Part shown: piece by piece, positions 7,695 through 17,397 of the stretch
How positions within the stretch are numbered: position 1 is the first letter of the stretch
Layout: every line of letters starts with the position of its first letter
From: a candidate division TA06 bacterium
GTDB lineage: Bacteria > Edwardsbacteria > AC1 > EtOH8
DNA: 64,000 nucleotides
Assembly (NCBI GenBank): GCA_016235665.1
Contig: JACRJI010000003.1
Span: 160,061-224,060 of the forward strand
Reading direction: 5' to 3'
Notes under the pieces: model-generated
Told to the model about the DNA's origin: nothing
Database searches by the model: none
The model's input: only the letters and a program-made list of their open reading frames with translations
Made by a program: the position numbers and the translations under genes

Positions 7695-9368
7695 ATGACC
7701 ATGTTCTGTCATCAATGCCAGGAGACCGCCGGAAACAAGGGCTGCGCCGGGACCCGGGGCGTCTGCGGCAAGCCCGATCAGGTGGCGGTCCTGCAAGACC
7801 TCCTGATCCACACCCTGAAGGGGATTTCCTATTTCAATGTCAAGGCCAAGGACAGAGGCCAGTGCGATCCCAAAGCCTCGGAGTTCGTGATGGAACAGCT
7901 GTTCGCCACTATCACCAATGTCAATTTTGATCCGGAATATTTCGTCAAGCAAATAGACCGGGCCCGGGAGATCCGCGATCAGCTGAATAACACCGCCACC
8001 AAGGATTCCTCCGGTAAATTACCCGATGCCGCCACCTGGTCCGCCCAGAGCGGTCTGAACGAGTACCTGCTCAAGGGCGCCGGGGTGGGCATTCTGGCCA
8101 CAGCCAACGAGGACGTCCGCTCCCTGCGGTCGCTGATATTGTTCGGCCTCAAGGGTCTGGCGGCCTACACCCATCACGCCTATGTGCTGGATGCCAGGGA
8201 GGACGACATTCTGTTTTTCATGCAGAAGGCCCTGGCCGCCACTCTGGATGACGGCCTATCGGCGGACGAGTTGACAGGTCTGGTGCTTAAGTGCGGTGAG
8301 TACGGGGTAAAGGCCATGGCATTATTGGATAAGGCCAACACTGGCAAGTACGGGCATCCCGAGATCACCAGCGTCAAGCTGGACGTAGGCACCAACCCCG
8401 GGATCTTGATCAGCGGGCACGACCTGAGGGATCTGGAGGAATTATTGGAACAGACCAAGGGCCAGGGAGTGGACGTTTACACCCACGGCGAGATGCTGCC
8501 GGCCAACGCCTATCCGTTCTTCAAGAAGTATGACAACTTCCACGGCAACTACGGCGGCTCCTGGTGGCACCAGAACGAGGAATTTGAGAAGTTCAACGGT
8601 CCGGTGCTGATGACCACCAACTGCCTGGTCCCGCCCAAGGACAGCTACAAGGACCGGGTGTTTACCACCGGAGTGGTGGGCTTTCCGGAGGTCAAACACA
8701 TCGCCGATCGCAAAGAGGGTAAACAGAAGGATTTCTCCGCCGTCATCGCTATGGCCCAAAAGTCCAAGGCCCCGGAGAAACTGGAAGACGGCAATTTGAC
8801 CATCGGATTTGCCCACAACCAGGTGCTGGCCCTGGCTCCCAAGGTGATCGAGGCCGTGAAAAGCGGCGCCATCAAGCGTTTTGTGGTGATGGCCGGCTGC
8901 GACGGCCGGCACAAATCCCGGGAATATTTCACCGACATAGCCAAGGCACTGCCCAAGGATGCTGTCATTCTCACCGCAGGCTGCGCCAAGTACCGCTACA
9001 ACAAGCTGAATCTGGGCGACATCGGTTCGACTGGGCTCACCGGAACCGGGGGCATCCCGCGGGTGCTTGACGCCGGGCAGTGCAATGACAGCTATTCGCT
9101 GGTGCTGATCGCTTTGGCCCTTAAGGACGCTTTTGGCCTGAAGGACGTTAACGAACTGCCGCTTTCCTTCGACATTGCCTGGTACGAGCAGAAGGCGGTG
9201 CTGGTGCTTTTGGCCCTGCTGCATCTGGGGGTGAAGAACATCCACCTGGGGCCGACCCTGCCGGCCTTCGTGTCGCCCAATGTGCTGAAGGTGCTGGTGG
9301 AGAAGTTCAATGTCCAGCCCACGGCGGGGGTGGAGGAGGATATGAAGAAGTTGATGGCTGGACAGTAG
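7695..9368 (+). CDS. hcp: Hybrid cluster protein (hydroxylamine/NO reductase)
   Basis: [10 protein letters not shown]...[44 protein letters not shown]. Confidence 0.97.
   Translation: MTMFCHQCQETAGNKGCAGTRGVCGKPDQVAVLQDLLIHTLKGISYFNVKAKDRGQCDPKASEFVMEQLFATITNVNFDPEYFVKQIDRAREIRDQLNNTATKDSSGKLPDAATWSAQSGLNEYLLKGAGVGILATANEDVRSLRSLILFGLKGLAAYTHHAYVLDAREDDILFFMQKALAATLDDGLSADELTGLVLKCGEYGVKAMALLDKANTGKYGHPEITSVKLDVGTNPGILISGHDLRDLEELLEQTKGQGVDVYTHGEMLPANAYPFFKKYDNFHGNYGGSWWHQNEEFEKFNGPVLMTTNCLVPPKDSYKDRVFTTGVVGFPEVKHIADRKEGKQKDFSAVIAMAQKSKAPEKLEDGNLTIGFAHNQVLALAPKVIEAVKSGAIKRFVVMAGCDGRHKSREYFTDIAKALPKDAVILTAGCAKYRYNKLNLGDIGSTGLTGTGGIPRVLDAGQCNDSYSLVLIALALKDAFGLKDVNELPLSFDIAWYEQKAVLVLLALLHLGVKNIHLGPTLPAFVSPNVLKVLVEKFNVQPTAGVEEDMKKLMAGQ
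9023..9049. repeat. Family G repeat inserted in frame in hcp
   Basis: CGG-TTCGACTGGGCTCACCGGAAC-CGG; adds 8 aa inside the conserved DIGGIP. Confidence 0.7.
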
Positions 9369-9406
9369 ACCTCACCCCAACCCTCTCCTGATGAATCAGG
9401 AGAGGG
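9369..9406. repeat. Family D palindromic repeat
   Basis: acctcacccc followed by a ccctctcctga...tcaggagaggg hairpin. Confidence 0.75.
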
Positions 9407-9434
9407 CGGCTGTCTCAGCGAAAAGAGAAAATAT

Positions 9435-9464
9435 AAAGCCGTGGCATTATGCCCCGGCTTTTTT
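9435..9464 (+). terminator. Terminator after hcp (AAGCCGTGGC hairpin, copy 1 of 3)
   Basis: aaagccgtggca-tta-tgccccggcttttt. Confidence 0.7.
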
Positions 9465-9465
9465 A

Positions 9466-9494
9466 TTGCATAACGGACAGGTTGTGTGTATAAT
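9466..9494 (+). promoter_or_regulatory. sigma70-type promoter of the TPR gene
   Basis: TTGCAT-17nt-TATAAT, ATG 7 nt downstream. Confidence 0.6.
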
Positions 9495-9501
9495 AAATCC
9501 A

Positions 9502-10602
9502 ATGAATAGTAGTTCAGGCCATAGATATCATACAACCATCCTTTGGCTGCGGGAACTTAAAAAGGGCGGCGGAAATTATCTGCCGTACGACCTGCACCTA
9601 CGCCGGGCCGAGGTAAGGGAACTGGTGGGAATGTGGAGCGAAGCCCTGGGAACTTACCGGGATCTGGCAGGCATTACGGAAGGGGCCTCTTTGACAGTAC
9701 TGGCCGCCGCTCAGCTGGTAAACATCGGGAGGGTGCTGTACAAAATGGGCGACCATGCCGAAGCTGAAGAGAATCTGCTAAAAGCAGATGCTATCTTCCA
9801 GCAGCTGGGCGATCTGAAGCAACAGGCTGACGTATGCAATCTCTTGGGCAACATACGCCTGAACCAGACACGCTATCAGGAAGCCAGAATGCTTTTTGAA
9901 CGCCGTTTGGAGCTGAACACAAAAAGCAACGATGCCTCCGGACTTTGCGCCACCTACGGTAACCTGGGTAATTTGGAGTATGTCAGGGGAGATCTTGCCC
10001 TGGCCGAGGAATGGTACCGCCGCCAGGATGAAAATGCCAGAAAAGAAGACAGGAAGGATTTTCAAGCCATAGCCATGGGAGCCATGGGTTGCATCTATGC
10101 GCAAAGAGGCGAATACGACAAGGCCATAAAGTCTTTTAGCAAATTCCTGGATCTGTCAACCGCCATAGGCGACACCGGAAAAATAAGGGTGGCCTATGGA
10201 AACATTGGCAATTATTATGTACAATTTGAAAACTACCCGCTGGCCAGGGACAATTATCGCCGGCAACTTATCCTGGCAAAACGGATGGGGGAAAAGAAGG
10301 GAACCTGTCTGGCGCTTGGGAACCTGGGCAAGGTTAGTTATCACCTGGGGGAGTATGAAAACGCCCTTCGTGAAATCCAGGAAGCAATAATTATCGGTGA
10401 AAAGCTGGGTCTCAAGTATTTTCTTCCAGAGCAGTACCTTCTGCTGGCTGAAATTCAGATGGCCTTAAATAACCTGTCCGAAGCAGAACGGGCAGCCGCC
10501 AGGTCGCATCAATTAGCAGAAGAAAACGGTGATGCAGACGACGAAAAAAGCGCCAAAGAATTGCAAGAACGCATATCAAAGACCAAGGCCGTAGTAAGGT
10601 AA
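9502..10602 (+). CDS. Tetratricopeptide repeat protein (TPR_12/MalT-like)
   Basis: About 7 repeats of ~40 aa with GN(L/I)G..Y...G.Y..A; start moved from 9391 (inside a repeat) to 9502. Confidence 0.85.
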   Translation: MNSSSGHRYHTTILWLRELKKGGGNYLPYDLHLRRAEVRELVGMWSEALGTYRDLAGITEGASLTVLAAAQLVNIGRVLYKMGDHAEAEENLLKADAIFQQLGDLKQQADVCNLLGNIRLNQTRYQEARMLFERRLELNTKSNDASGLCATYGNLGNLEYVRGDLALAEEWYRRQDENARKEDRKDFQAIAMGAMGCIYAQRGEYDKAIKSFSKFLDLSTAIGDTGKIRVAYGNIGNYYVQFENYPLARDNYRRQLILAKRMGEKKGTCLALGNLGKVSYHLGEYENALREIQEAIIIGEKLGLKYFLPEQYLLLAEIQMALNNLSEAERAAARSHQLAEENGDADDEKSAKELQERISKTKAVVR

Positions 10603-10636
10603 GGTGAAGAACTGTCTTAGATAAATTGGCCGTCTA

Positions 10637-10677
10637 AAAATAAAAAGCCGTGGCGTTATGCCACGGCTTTTTATTTT
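10637..10677. terminator. Bidirectional terminator (AAGCCGTGGC hairpin, copy 2)
   Basis: aaaataaaaagccgtggc-gttat-gccacggctttttatttt between convergent genes. Confidence 0.85.
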
Positions 10678-10700
10678 CAACTATATTCAACCGACCCGTA

Positions 10701-11537
10701 TTACTGCTTGACCAATTCCACCCGGCGGTTCTTGGCCCTTCCCTCCTCCGTATCATTGGAAGTGACCGGCGAAAGGGAGGCCACCCCGTGGGGGCTCAAT
10801 CGGGCAGCGGCTATGCCGTATTTGCCGGTCAGCGACTTGACCACGGCATCTGCCCGGTCCAGCGACAGCTTGAGGTTGGAGTCAAGGGAGCCGACGTTGT
10901 CGGTGTGGCCGACCACGTACAGTTTAAGCGTTGGGTTGTTCTGAAGAAGCTTGGCGATCTCCGAGATGGCGGCGTCGGATTCGGGCTTGATCTCGGACTT
11001 GCCGGTATCAAAGTATATGCCGTAAACCGAAACATGGCCGGTAGCATTGATGCCGTTGCCCAGGGCCTCGGCATTGGCCACCATCTCCTGCTCCATGGCC
11101 TGCTTCTCGACGATGGTCAGCCGGTACCAGTTATTGAACGACGAAACCCCGACCCACGTCTCCCGGCCGTCCTTTTTAAGCACAATGGTGGAGGCCCGGT
11201 TGAAATTGTCGTCGAAGATCACCTTTCCCCCGATCTTTTTCAGGGCCTCCTGAATGTTCCTCCGGATCTTCAACTCTCCGGATTCCGGCAATCCCTTGTC
11301 CAGGCGGTATTCGATATAGTACTTGTGGCCCTCGATGACAACCGTCTTCTTGTCCTGGCCAATGAATTTATGGCTGTCGAATTCGGTGTCCTTGTAGTCC
11401 GAAATGTGGAATCCGGGCATCCGTGACAGCAGGGGATGGTCCTTGCCTCCGGTTACATCCGGATCGGCGGCCTGGGAAAGGCCGAAACTAGCCAGCACTA
11501 AGAACAGGCTGAAGATGAGAGCTATTGATCTTTTCAT
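10701..11537 (-). CDS. OmpA family peptidoglycan-binding protein with DUF4892-like N-terminus
   Basis: Signal peptide; DHPLLSRMPG; IYFDTGKS, VVGHTD, NLKLS.DRA, NRRVE. Confidence 0.9.
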   Translation of the reverse strand: MKRSIALIFSLFLVLASFGLSQAADPDVTGGKDHPLLSRMPGFHISDYKDTEFDSHKFIGQDKKTVVIEGHKYYIEYRLDKGLPESGELKIRRNIQEALKKIGGKVIFDDNFNRASTIVLKKDGRETWVGVSSFNNWYRLTIVEKQAMEQEMVANAEALGNGINATGHVSVYGIYFDTGKSEIKPESDAAISEIAKLLQNNPTLKLYVVGHTDNVGSLDSNLKLSLDRADAVVKSLTGKYGIAAARLSPHGVASLSPVTSNDTEEGRAKNRRVELVKQ

Positions 11538-11558
11538 GTTACCTCTAAAATTAAGGAT

Positions 11559-11915
11559 TTATAGATTCTCAATTATTTCAAATGACGCATGTGATTCTAT
11601 CCATTCTCCCCGCTTACGGTCCTTCCATGCTTTTTCTTTAGGTATAAAATCACAGAGTTCCAGATGAACCGGCCCATCGGTGGTCCATGTTTGCCCTTCG
11701 TATCTAATCTCCATAATCAAAATGTCTCCGGTAATATTTTTCCCAGTTATCGGGAAATCTAATTTTACCACAAAAGCATCTTCTCCATTTTGCCCCGGTA
11801 TAGTTTTAATCACCTTTCCGGTTCGGGCTTTATTTGGGGGTTCTTTAAGAAATGTAGGGTCGTAGTCGTAACCACCTTTAAACCTGATCGTATCACCGAC
11901 GACAAGCTTTTTCAT
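11559..11915 (-). CDS. Hypothetical protein, AT-rich
   Basis: 118-aa ORF co-oriented with ompA and downstream of a consensus promoter. Confidence 0.7.
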   Translation of the reverse strand: MKKLVVGDTIRFKGGYDYDPTFLKEPPNKARTGKVIKTIPGQNGEDAFVVKLDFPITGKNITGDILIMEIRYEGQTWTTDGPVHLELCDFIPKEKAWKDRKRGEWIESHASFEIIENL

Positions 11916-11960
11916 TTCAGCTCATTATTTAACGGTTACTTCTCTTCTTTCGTAAAGTTT

Positions 11961-11989
11961 ATTATATATTACAAACATTTCATTGTCAA
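11961..11989 (-). promoter_or_regulatory. Consensus sigma70 promoter for hypothetical + ompA
   Basis: Minus strand TTGACA-17nt-TATAAT. Confidence 0.75.
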
Positions 11990-12007
11990 ATGAAATGACG
12001 AAAAAAG

Positions 12008-12032
12008 AAGCCGTGGCATTTTGCCACGGCTT
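12008..12032 (-). terminator. Terminator after msrAB (AAGCCGTGGC hairpin, copy 3)
   Basis: aagccgtggca-ttt-tgccacggctt with a T-run on the minus strand. Confidence 0.75.
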
Positions 12033-12038
12033 ATTGCT

Positions 12039-12075
12039 TCCCTTCCCTTGTGGGGAAGGGATTGAGGGTTGGGTC
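12039..12075. repeat. Family D palindromic repeat, reverse orientation
   Basis: cccttccc-ttgtg-gggaaggg-attgagggttgggtc. Confidence 0.7.
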
Positions 12076-13114
12076 AAAACAGTCTCTTGTACTCTCCGTA
12101 ACCCTCCTTGTCCAGATCCTCCGCCGGGATGAACCTCAGCGAAGCAGAATTGATGCAGTAACGCAGGCCGGTGGGCTGGGGGCCGTCATCGAACACATGG
12201 CCCAGGTGGGCGTCGCCGGCCTGGCTGCGCACTTCGGTCCTTACCCGGCCGAAACTGGAATCCTTCTTCTCCAAAACCAGGCTTGTCTCCAAGGGCTTGG
12301 TAAAGCTGGGCCAGCCGCATTCAGAATCGAACTTGTCCTTTGAGCTGAACAGGGGCTGGCCGGTGGTGATGTCCACGTAGATGCCGTCGCGCTTCTCGTT
12401 CCAGTACTTGTTGGCAAAGGGCGGCTCGGTGGCGCTCTTCTGGGTCACCTGGTATTCCAGGGACGAGAGCTTTTTCTTTAGCTCCTTGTCGCTGGGTTTT
12501 GTATAGGTCTTGACGGCGGGGGAATCCTTCCAGATCTTCTTTAGCGCCGCCTCGCGGCCGGACATCACCTTGTAGGTGCTGTAACGGGCCGGGCATTTCT
12601 GGTAATACTTCTGGTGGTATTCCTCGGCCGGATAGAAGTTCTTGTAGGCCAGAATGGCCGTGGCTATTGGTTCTTTGAACTTGCCCGAGTTCTGCAGGGC
12701 TGTCTTGGATGCTTCGGCCAGTTTCTTCTGCTCTTCGTTTTGATAGAAAATGGCGGTCTGGTACTGGGGTCCCTTGTCGGCGAACTGCCCGGTAAGGTCG
12801 GTGGGGTCTATCTGCCGCCAGAAGTGGTCCAGCAACTGGGCGTAACCGATCTTGGCCGGGTCGTAAGTGATGCGCACCGCCTCGTAGTGCCCGGTCTCGC
12901 CGGAGCAGACGTCCCGGTAGCTGGGGTCCTTCATGTGGCCGCCGGAATAGCCGGGCATCACTTCTATCACACCGGGCAGGGAGTCAAAGGGGTGTTCCAG
13001 GCACCAGAAACAGCCTCCGGCGAAGATGGCGGTCTCGGTCTTATTGCCGGTGTCGGCGTCAATCATAGCCAGTCCTCCCGCCAGCAAGAGCAGAGCCAGG
13101 TAAATATATCTCAT
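12074..13114 (-). CDS. msrAB: Bifunctional methionine sulfoxide reductase MsrA/MsrB, probably exported
   Basis: [37 protein letters not shown]; hydrophobic N-terminus. Confidence 0.95.
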   Translation of the reverse strand: MRYIYLALLLLAGGLAMIDADTGNKTETAIFAGGCFWCLEHPFDSLPGVIEVMPGYSGGHMKDPSYRDVCSGETGHYEAVRITYDPAKIGYAQLLDHFWRQIDPTDLTGQFADKGPQYQTAIFYQNEEQKKLAEASKTALQNSGKFKEPIATAILAYKNFYPAEEYHQKYYQKCPARYSTYKVMSGREAALKKIWKDSPAVKTYTKPSDKELKKKLSSLEYQVTQKSATEPPFANKYWNEKRDGIYVDITTGQPLFSSKDKFDSECGWPSFTKPLETSLVLEKKDSSFGRVRTEVRSQAGDAHLGHVFDDGPQPTGLRYCINSASLRFIPAEDLDKEGYGEYKRLF

Positions 13115-13137
13115 TCATGTTTCCTCCTTCATATATC

Positions 13138-13166
13138 AATGTAACCATGAAAAGGGGCAAAGTCAA
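13138..13166 (-). promoter_or_regulatory. Putative msrAB promoter
   Basis: Minus strand TTGACT-17nt-TACATT. Confidence 0.5.
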
Positions 13167-13204
13167 GGGGTGAGGCAATGGGTAAATTTATGTCTGTAGT
13201 AACA

Positions 13205-13236
13205 TTAAAAAGGCTCTTTTAAAAGAGCCTTTTTAA
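13205..13236. terminator. Terminator of the ABC operon
   Basis: Perfect palindrome ttaaaaaggctctttt|aaaagagcctttttaa. Confidence 0.75.
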
Positions 13237-13238
13237 AT

Positions 13239-13961
13239 CTAAGCGCAGCCTTCATCCGGTTTGCAGGCCTGGGCCCCGGTATAGATCATCCCGTCCCGCA
13301 GTTCCACCGAGCGGTGGGCCATCTGGGCCAGGTTGGGGTTGTGGGTCACCAGGATCACGGTCAGGCCCTCCCATTTGTTGAGCTCCCCCAGCAGCACCCC
13401 GATCTCACTGCTTCTCCGGGTATCCAGGTTGCCTGTGGGCTCGTCGGCCAGCAGGATCCTTGGCTTGTTGACCAGGGCCCGGGCGATGGCCACCCGCTGC
13501 ATCTCTCCGCCTGAGATCTGCCCCGGCAGGTGATGTTTGCGGTGGTCAATGCCCAGCATCTTCAGGATCTCGTCCACCCCTTTTTCGGCACCGGGCTTCT
13601 TGTAAAAGGTGAAGGGCAGCACCACGTTCTCCAGCACGGTCAGGGTAGGGATCAGATAGAACTTCTGGAACACGTAGCCGAACAAGTCGCGCCTTATCCT
13701 GGTCAGATCGGCCTCGGACAGGGTCCTGCCCTCGGTGAAGATGTCGCGGCCGTCCACTCGCAGGCGCCCGGAGCTGGGGTTGTCCAGGCAGCCCAGGATG
13801 TTGATCAGCGTGGTCTTGCCGCTGCCCGAGGGCCCGACAAAGGAGATGAACTCGCCTTGGCTGATGTTGAGCGAAACGCCGTTGACGGCCGGGATCTCCT
13901 CGCTGCCGCGGCGGTAGATCTTTTTCAGATCGTGGGCTTCGATGGAAAATTTATCTGTCAT
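13239..13961 (-). CDS. ABC transporter ATP-binding protein (LolD/MacB type)
   Basis: GPSGSGKT, ISGGEMQRVAIARAL, LADEPTGNLD, VTH. Confidence 0.95.
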   Translation of the reverse strand: MTDKFSIEAHDLKKIYRRGSEEIPAVNGVSLNISQGEFISFVGPSGSGKTTLINILGCLDNPSSGRLRVDGRDIFTEGRTLSEADLTRIRRDLFGYVFQKFYLIPTLTVLENVVLPFTFYKKPGAEKGVDEILKMLGIDHRKHHLPGQISGGEMQRVAIARALVNKPRILLADEPTGNLDTRRSSEIGVLLGELNKWEGLTVILVTHNPNLAQMAHRSVELRDGMIYTGAQACKPDEGCA

Positions 13962-13974
13962 GCTTCTTCCTTGA

Positions 13975-15165
13975 TTAATCCGTTTCGCTTCTAATGGCTT
14001 CCAGCGGCCGGACCCGGCCGGCCCGCCAGGAGGGATAGATGCCGGAGAGCAAGCCGATCAGGGTCACCACCCCGAAGGTCAAAAGCACCAGCGGGGCATC
14101 GATCCGCACCAGACCGCCGGTGGGGGTGTAGGGCAACAGGCCCCGGATCAGGGCCTCGGTCAGCCTGGCGGTCAGCAGGGCCAACAGGGTCCCGATGAAC
14201 CCCCCGGAAACGCAGAGGATCAGGGTCTCCAGCCAGATCAACTTGAAGATGTCCGAGGCCATGGCCCCCATGGATTTCAGGATCCCGATCTCCTGCAGGC
14301 GCTCCATCACCGACATCAGAATGGTGTTGATCACCCCCACGATGGCTATCAATATGGCGATCACCGCGATGGAGAAGACCATCACCTTGGCGGTGGAGAC
14401 CAGAGACATGATGGTCTGCTTCACCTGGGCCAGGCTGACCACCTGGACATCGGGCAGTTTGTACATCCGCTCCTCGAACTTGGCGATGTCGGCGTCCTTT
14501 TTGACCTTGATGCCGATGCCGGTCAGCTCTCCCGGCTGGTTGAAGATCTTTTGTACCGCCCCGATGGGAAGGAAGATGGTCCCGTCGTCCTGGGTGCCGG
14601 AGCGCTTGAGGATGCCGACCACGGTCATCTCGACCTCCTTCTCCGGGATCAGGTACTTGTCGCCGACCTCGCGCTGTTCCAGTTCGGCCGCCTCGTAGCC
14701 CAGCACCGCTTCATAAGCGTTGGGATCGGTGAACCAGGCGCCCTGCTTGAACTCCAACACTTTCTTCATGGCCGGGAAGGTCATAGGATCCACCCCCAGA
14801 AAGGCGGAGATGCCGCCGCTCTCGCCCTTGTTGGGGTCGAACACCGCCTGCATCAGCATGGGGGTCACCTTGTCCACCTCGGGCTGCTTGGCGATGGAGT
14901 CGGCGATGTCGGCCTTCATGTAGCGCAGTCCGGTGCCGCCCTTGAGCATCAAGGTGGCCGCCTCGTAGGGGCAGCCCTTGGCGGTGACCAGCATCTGGAA
15001 GCCAAGGTTGTCGATGTCCGAATTGAGCGAGGCCTCGTATCCCTTGTTAAAGCCCAGCAGGCTGATCAGCACCCAGGCGGCCAGGGCGATGCCCACGATG
15101 GTCAGCCCGCTGCGGGATCTCTTGCGCAGCAAATTCTTGTAGGCGACTTGGAAGATGTTTATCAT
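13975..15165 (-). CDS. ABC transporter permease (FtsX/MacB type)
   Basis: KNL.RKRSRS.LT, ER.QEIGILKSMGA, YPSWRA; periplasmic AKGCPYE; start moved from 15192 (in a repeat). Confidence 0.92.
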   Translation of the reverse strand: MINIFQVAYKNLLRKRSRSGLTIVGIALAAWVLISLLGFNKGYEASLNSDIDNLGFQMLVTAKGCPYEAATLMLKGGTGLRYMKADIADSIAKQPEVDKVTPMLMQAVFDPNKGESGGISAFLGVDPMTFPAMKKVLEFKQGAWFTDPNAYEAVLGYEAAELEQREVGDKYLIPEKEVEMTVVGILKRSGTQDDGTIFLPIGAVQKIFNQPGELTGIGIKVKKDADIAKFEERMYKLPDVQVVSLAQVKQTIMSLVSTAKVMVFSIAVIAILIAIVGVINTILMSVMERLQEIGILKSMGAMASDIFKLIWLETLILCVSGGFIGTLLALLTARLTEALIRGLLPYTPTGGLVRIDAPLVLLTFGVVTLIGLLSGIYPSWRAGRVRPLEAIRSETD

Positions 15166-15187
15166 AGGATTGTCCTTTGTGCTTGGT

Positions 15188-15289
15188 GTCATCGCGAGGA
15201 AGGCTTCCGATATTTAACGACGAAGCGATCTGACAAGGCCCGGTTGATTGCTTCGTTAGTGCAGGAGGAATAGTCGGACTCGCAAAGAC
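15188..15289. repeat. Family A palindromic repeat
   Basis: gtcatcgcgag...cgaagcgatc...gattgcttcg...ctcgcaaagac. Confidence 0.75.
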
Positions 15290-15295
15290 GACCGC

Positions 15296-15961
15296 TTAGT
15301 TTGGTTTGTAGTATCTCAGATACCTGTTTCCCAGCAAAAACTCGTCCACCAGTATCAGGTTCTTCTTGACCGCCCGCAGGGCGGCCCGGAAGTCCGGAGC
15401 TGCGTCGGGAGCGGGATTCTTGATGGCCGTGATCATATCGGATCCGCTTTCCCTGCCGCTAACCACGTCGTACTGGTAGAAATCCCGCAGGGTCAGCCCG
15501 GCGAACTGTTTGCCGAAAGAGGGTTCCCGCATTTTGTTTGCGGCTTTGGAGGTTAGCTTCTGAAAGTACAGGGTCTTGATCACGCCGGCGGTGTCCAGCG
15601 CCAGAAACACCTGAATGCCGCCGTACTGGCCTTTCTGATTCACCCCGTGGATGAAGCCCACCAACTCCTTCTTCCTGAATACCCGGTACATGGTGTAGGG
15701 CACGTCGCCGGTCTCGAACAGGCCCTGGAACTTGTTGCCCAGCCGATGCTCAATAGCCGCCAGCAGGGAATCACCGCCCTTCTGGGCGATGGAGACGTAC
15801 TCGGTCTTGTAGCCGGTGGAGCCGGGGAACAGGTGTTTGACGTCCTTGTCCGGATCGTTCAGGTCGCAGCCCACCGCGGCGAAAAGCAAACGGGGGACGG
15901 ACAGGGACAAAATGATCAATGGGATTATTTTATTTAAAAACGGCACTAAAACATCTCCCAT
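15296..15961 (-). CDS. Exported FMN_bind-like (RnfG/NosR-type) domain protein
   Basis: Signal peptide; KGQYGGIQVFLALD..G.I and F.KQF.G pattern; DVVSGRE in place of DxxSGAT. Confidence 0.6.
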   Translation of the reverse strand: MGDVLVPFLNKIIPLIILSLSVPRLLFAAVGCDLNDPDKDVKHLFPGSTGYKTEYVSIAQKGGDSLLAAIEHRLGNKFQGLFETGDVPYTMYRVFRKKELVGFIHGVNQKGQYGGIQVFLALDTAGVIKTLYFQKLTSKAANKMREPSFGKQFAGLTLRDFYQYDVVSGRESGSDMITAIKNPAPDAAPDFRAALRAVKKNLILVDEFLLGNRYLRYYKPN

Positions 15962-15965
15962 CCCT

Positions 15966-16385
15966 TTAAAGTTTCTCGGCCCGGAAGTTAAGCGTGCCCG
16001 AATAGTTCGTCAGCGTCAGGGTGACCGACCAGGTGCCGGGAACACCGACAGCTGTCGGCTCATTCAAGCTGGGCACAAGGGCTTTTGAGTACAAGGTTGT
16101 TCCCAGGGAATCCCTGATGGTCAGTAAAGTCGAGCCCGCGGTGGTCGTGGTTGAATGATTTATTGTTGCCCGGGTGCCGGAGTTCTTCCAGGCATATACC
16201 AGGGTGGTCGAAACGGTGGTAACACCGGTGGCTTGAAGCTGGAAGGCGTCCTGATTGTTGACGATCTGCGGCTCAAATGGAGCGAGTGTGGAAGTAGGGC
16301 TTTTGCCGCAACCGACCAGCCAGGCGGACAGGATCACCAGGAACACGAAGGAAAGGATGTTCTTTATGCCGTAAATATGTTGCAT
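15966..16385 (-). CDS. Thr-rich hypothetical lipoprotein
   Basis: Lipobox LVGC; SD aggagg. Confidence 0.75.
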   Translation of the reverse strand: MQHIYGIKNILSFVFLVILSAWLVGCGKSPTSTLAPFEPQIVNNQDAFQLQATGVTTVSTTLVYAWKNSGTRATINHSTTTTAGSTLLTIRDSLGTTLYSKALVPSLNEPTAVGVPGTWSVTLTLTNYSGTLNFRAEKL

Positions 16386-16416
16386 TTTGAGCCTCCTTGA
16401 TTATAAATTCTGGCGA

Positions 16417-17397
16417 TCACAATTTGTGGTACCAGTACAGCTGGGCGGTAATATGATCCAGGTCACGGTTGATATCGCCAGTCAGCCTTAAGGTCAGGTC
16501 CGGCGTTACTGAATAAGTCAAGCCAGGAGAGAGCCTATGATCATACCCATCGTAGACATATTGCAGTTCCAGCTTCAAACGGTTGTCTTCAAGCACATTG
16601 GCGGTCATCCTGAAAAAACATCCCCAGAGGTCATTCCGCCAGTTGTTCATCAAAGTGGTCTTTCGTATCAGCTCGGTCCGGTATTCAAACCGGTCACTGT
16701 TGACCGCGGCATCGGCTCCGAACATTGCTGTTTCCATGGGGGTTTCATATATTAGATGATAGCCCATGGTCTCAAGGTTCTTTCCGTAGGAGGCCGAAAA
16801 CCCGATATTGTAATTCTGCTGGTTCAGGTCGCTCTTTGATATCCGGCCCGAAACCTGATAATTCCCTTTTAGGTACAGCGGCATTCCCGATCCCGAAGTA
16901 ACCGATAATCCGGCATTGCCCCAGTCGAAGTCCCGGTAGTATCCTGCGCCCCAGTCCCGGTCATATCCGTAACCATACATGGACAAGGATTGTAGCAAGA
17001 TGCCGTGATTGTCCAGATACGACGCCAGTCCGAAGGCCGGCTTGTTGTGGCCCAGCAAAATGTCCCCGAAGCCCGGCTTGACCTTAAGATAAGCGTTGTA
17101 CAGCTGGGGCTCCACATCATGCTTTGCCGTCGAATCGTAAGCCAGACGGGCCTGGACGGCCAGCATCCCCCAGTCTCCGCCGGCGCCGGAGAACCGCTGG
17201 ATGTAGTCGAACCCCAGGCTGGGCTTCTGCATCACATCCATCTGGTCCATGGAATACCATTGGAAGGTTCGGTCATCCCCGGAAAAGGGAAATCCTGCCA
17301 CCGCCTGGGCCTCCAGATAAAATAAGCGGCTGGAAGCCAATGATTGCGATACTGCCAGCGTCAGTAGTCCCAGAATTATAAAAGTATTTTTAAACAT
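16417..17397 (-). CDS. Putative outer-membrane beta-barrel protein
   Basis: Signal peptide; alternating amphipathic strands; aromatic C-terminus QLYWYHKL. Confidence 0.65.
   Translation of the reverse strand: MFKNTFIILGLLTLAVSQSLASSRLFYLEAQAVAGFPFSGDDRTFQWYSMDQMDVMQKPSLGFDYIQRFSGAGGDWGMLAVQARLAYDSTAKHDVEPQLYNAYLKVKPGFGDILLGHNKPAFGLASYLDNHGILLQSLSMYGYGYDRDWGAGYYRDFDWGNAGLSVTSGSGMPLYLKGNYQVSGRISKSDLNQQNYNIGFSASYGKNLETMGYHLIYETPMETAMFGADAAVNSDRFEYRTELIRKTTLMNNWRNDLWGCFFRMTANVLEDNRLKLELQYVYDGYDHRLSPGLTYSVTPDLTLRLTGDINRDLDHITAQLYWYHKL

Noticed and set aside
13115-13204. Rrf2 operator upstream of msrAB
   Set aside because: No match to the 21-bp palindrome found by eye
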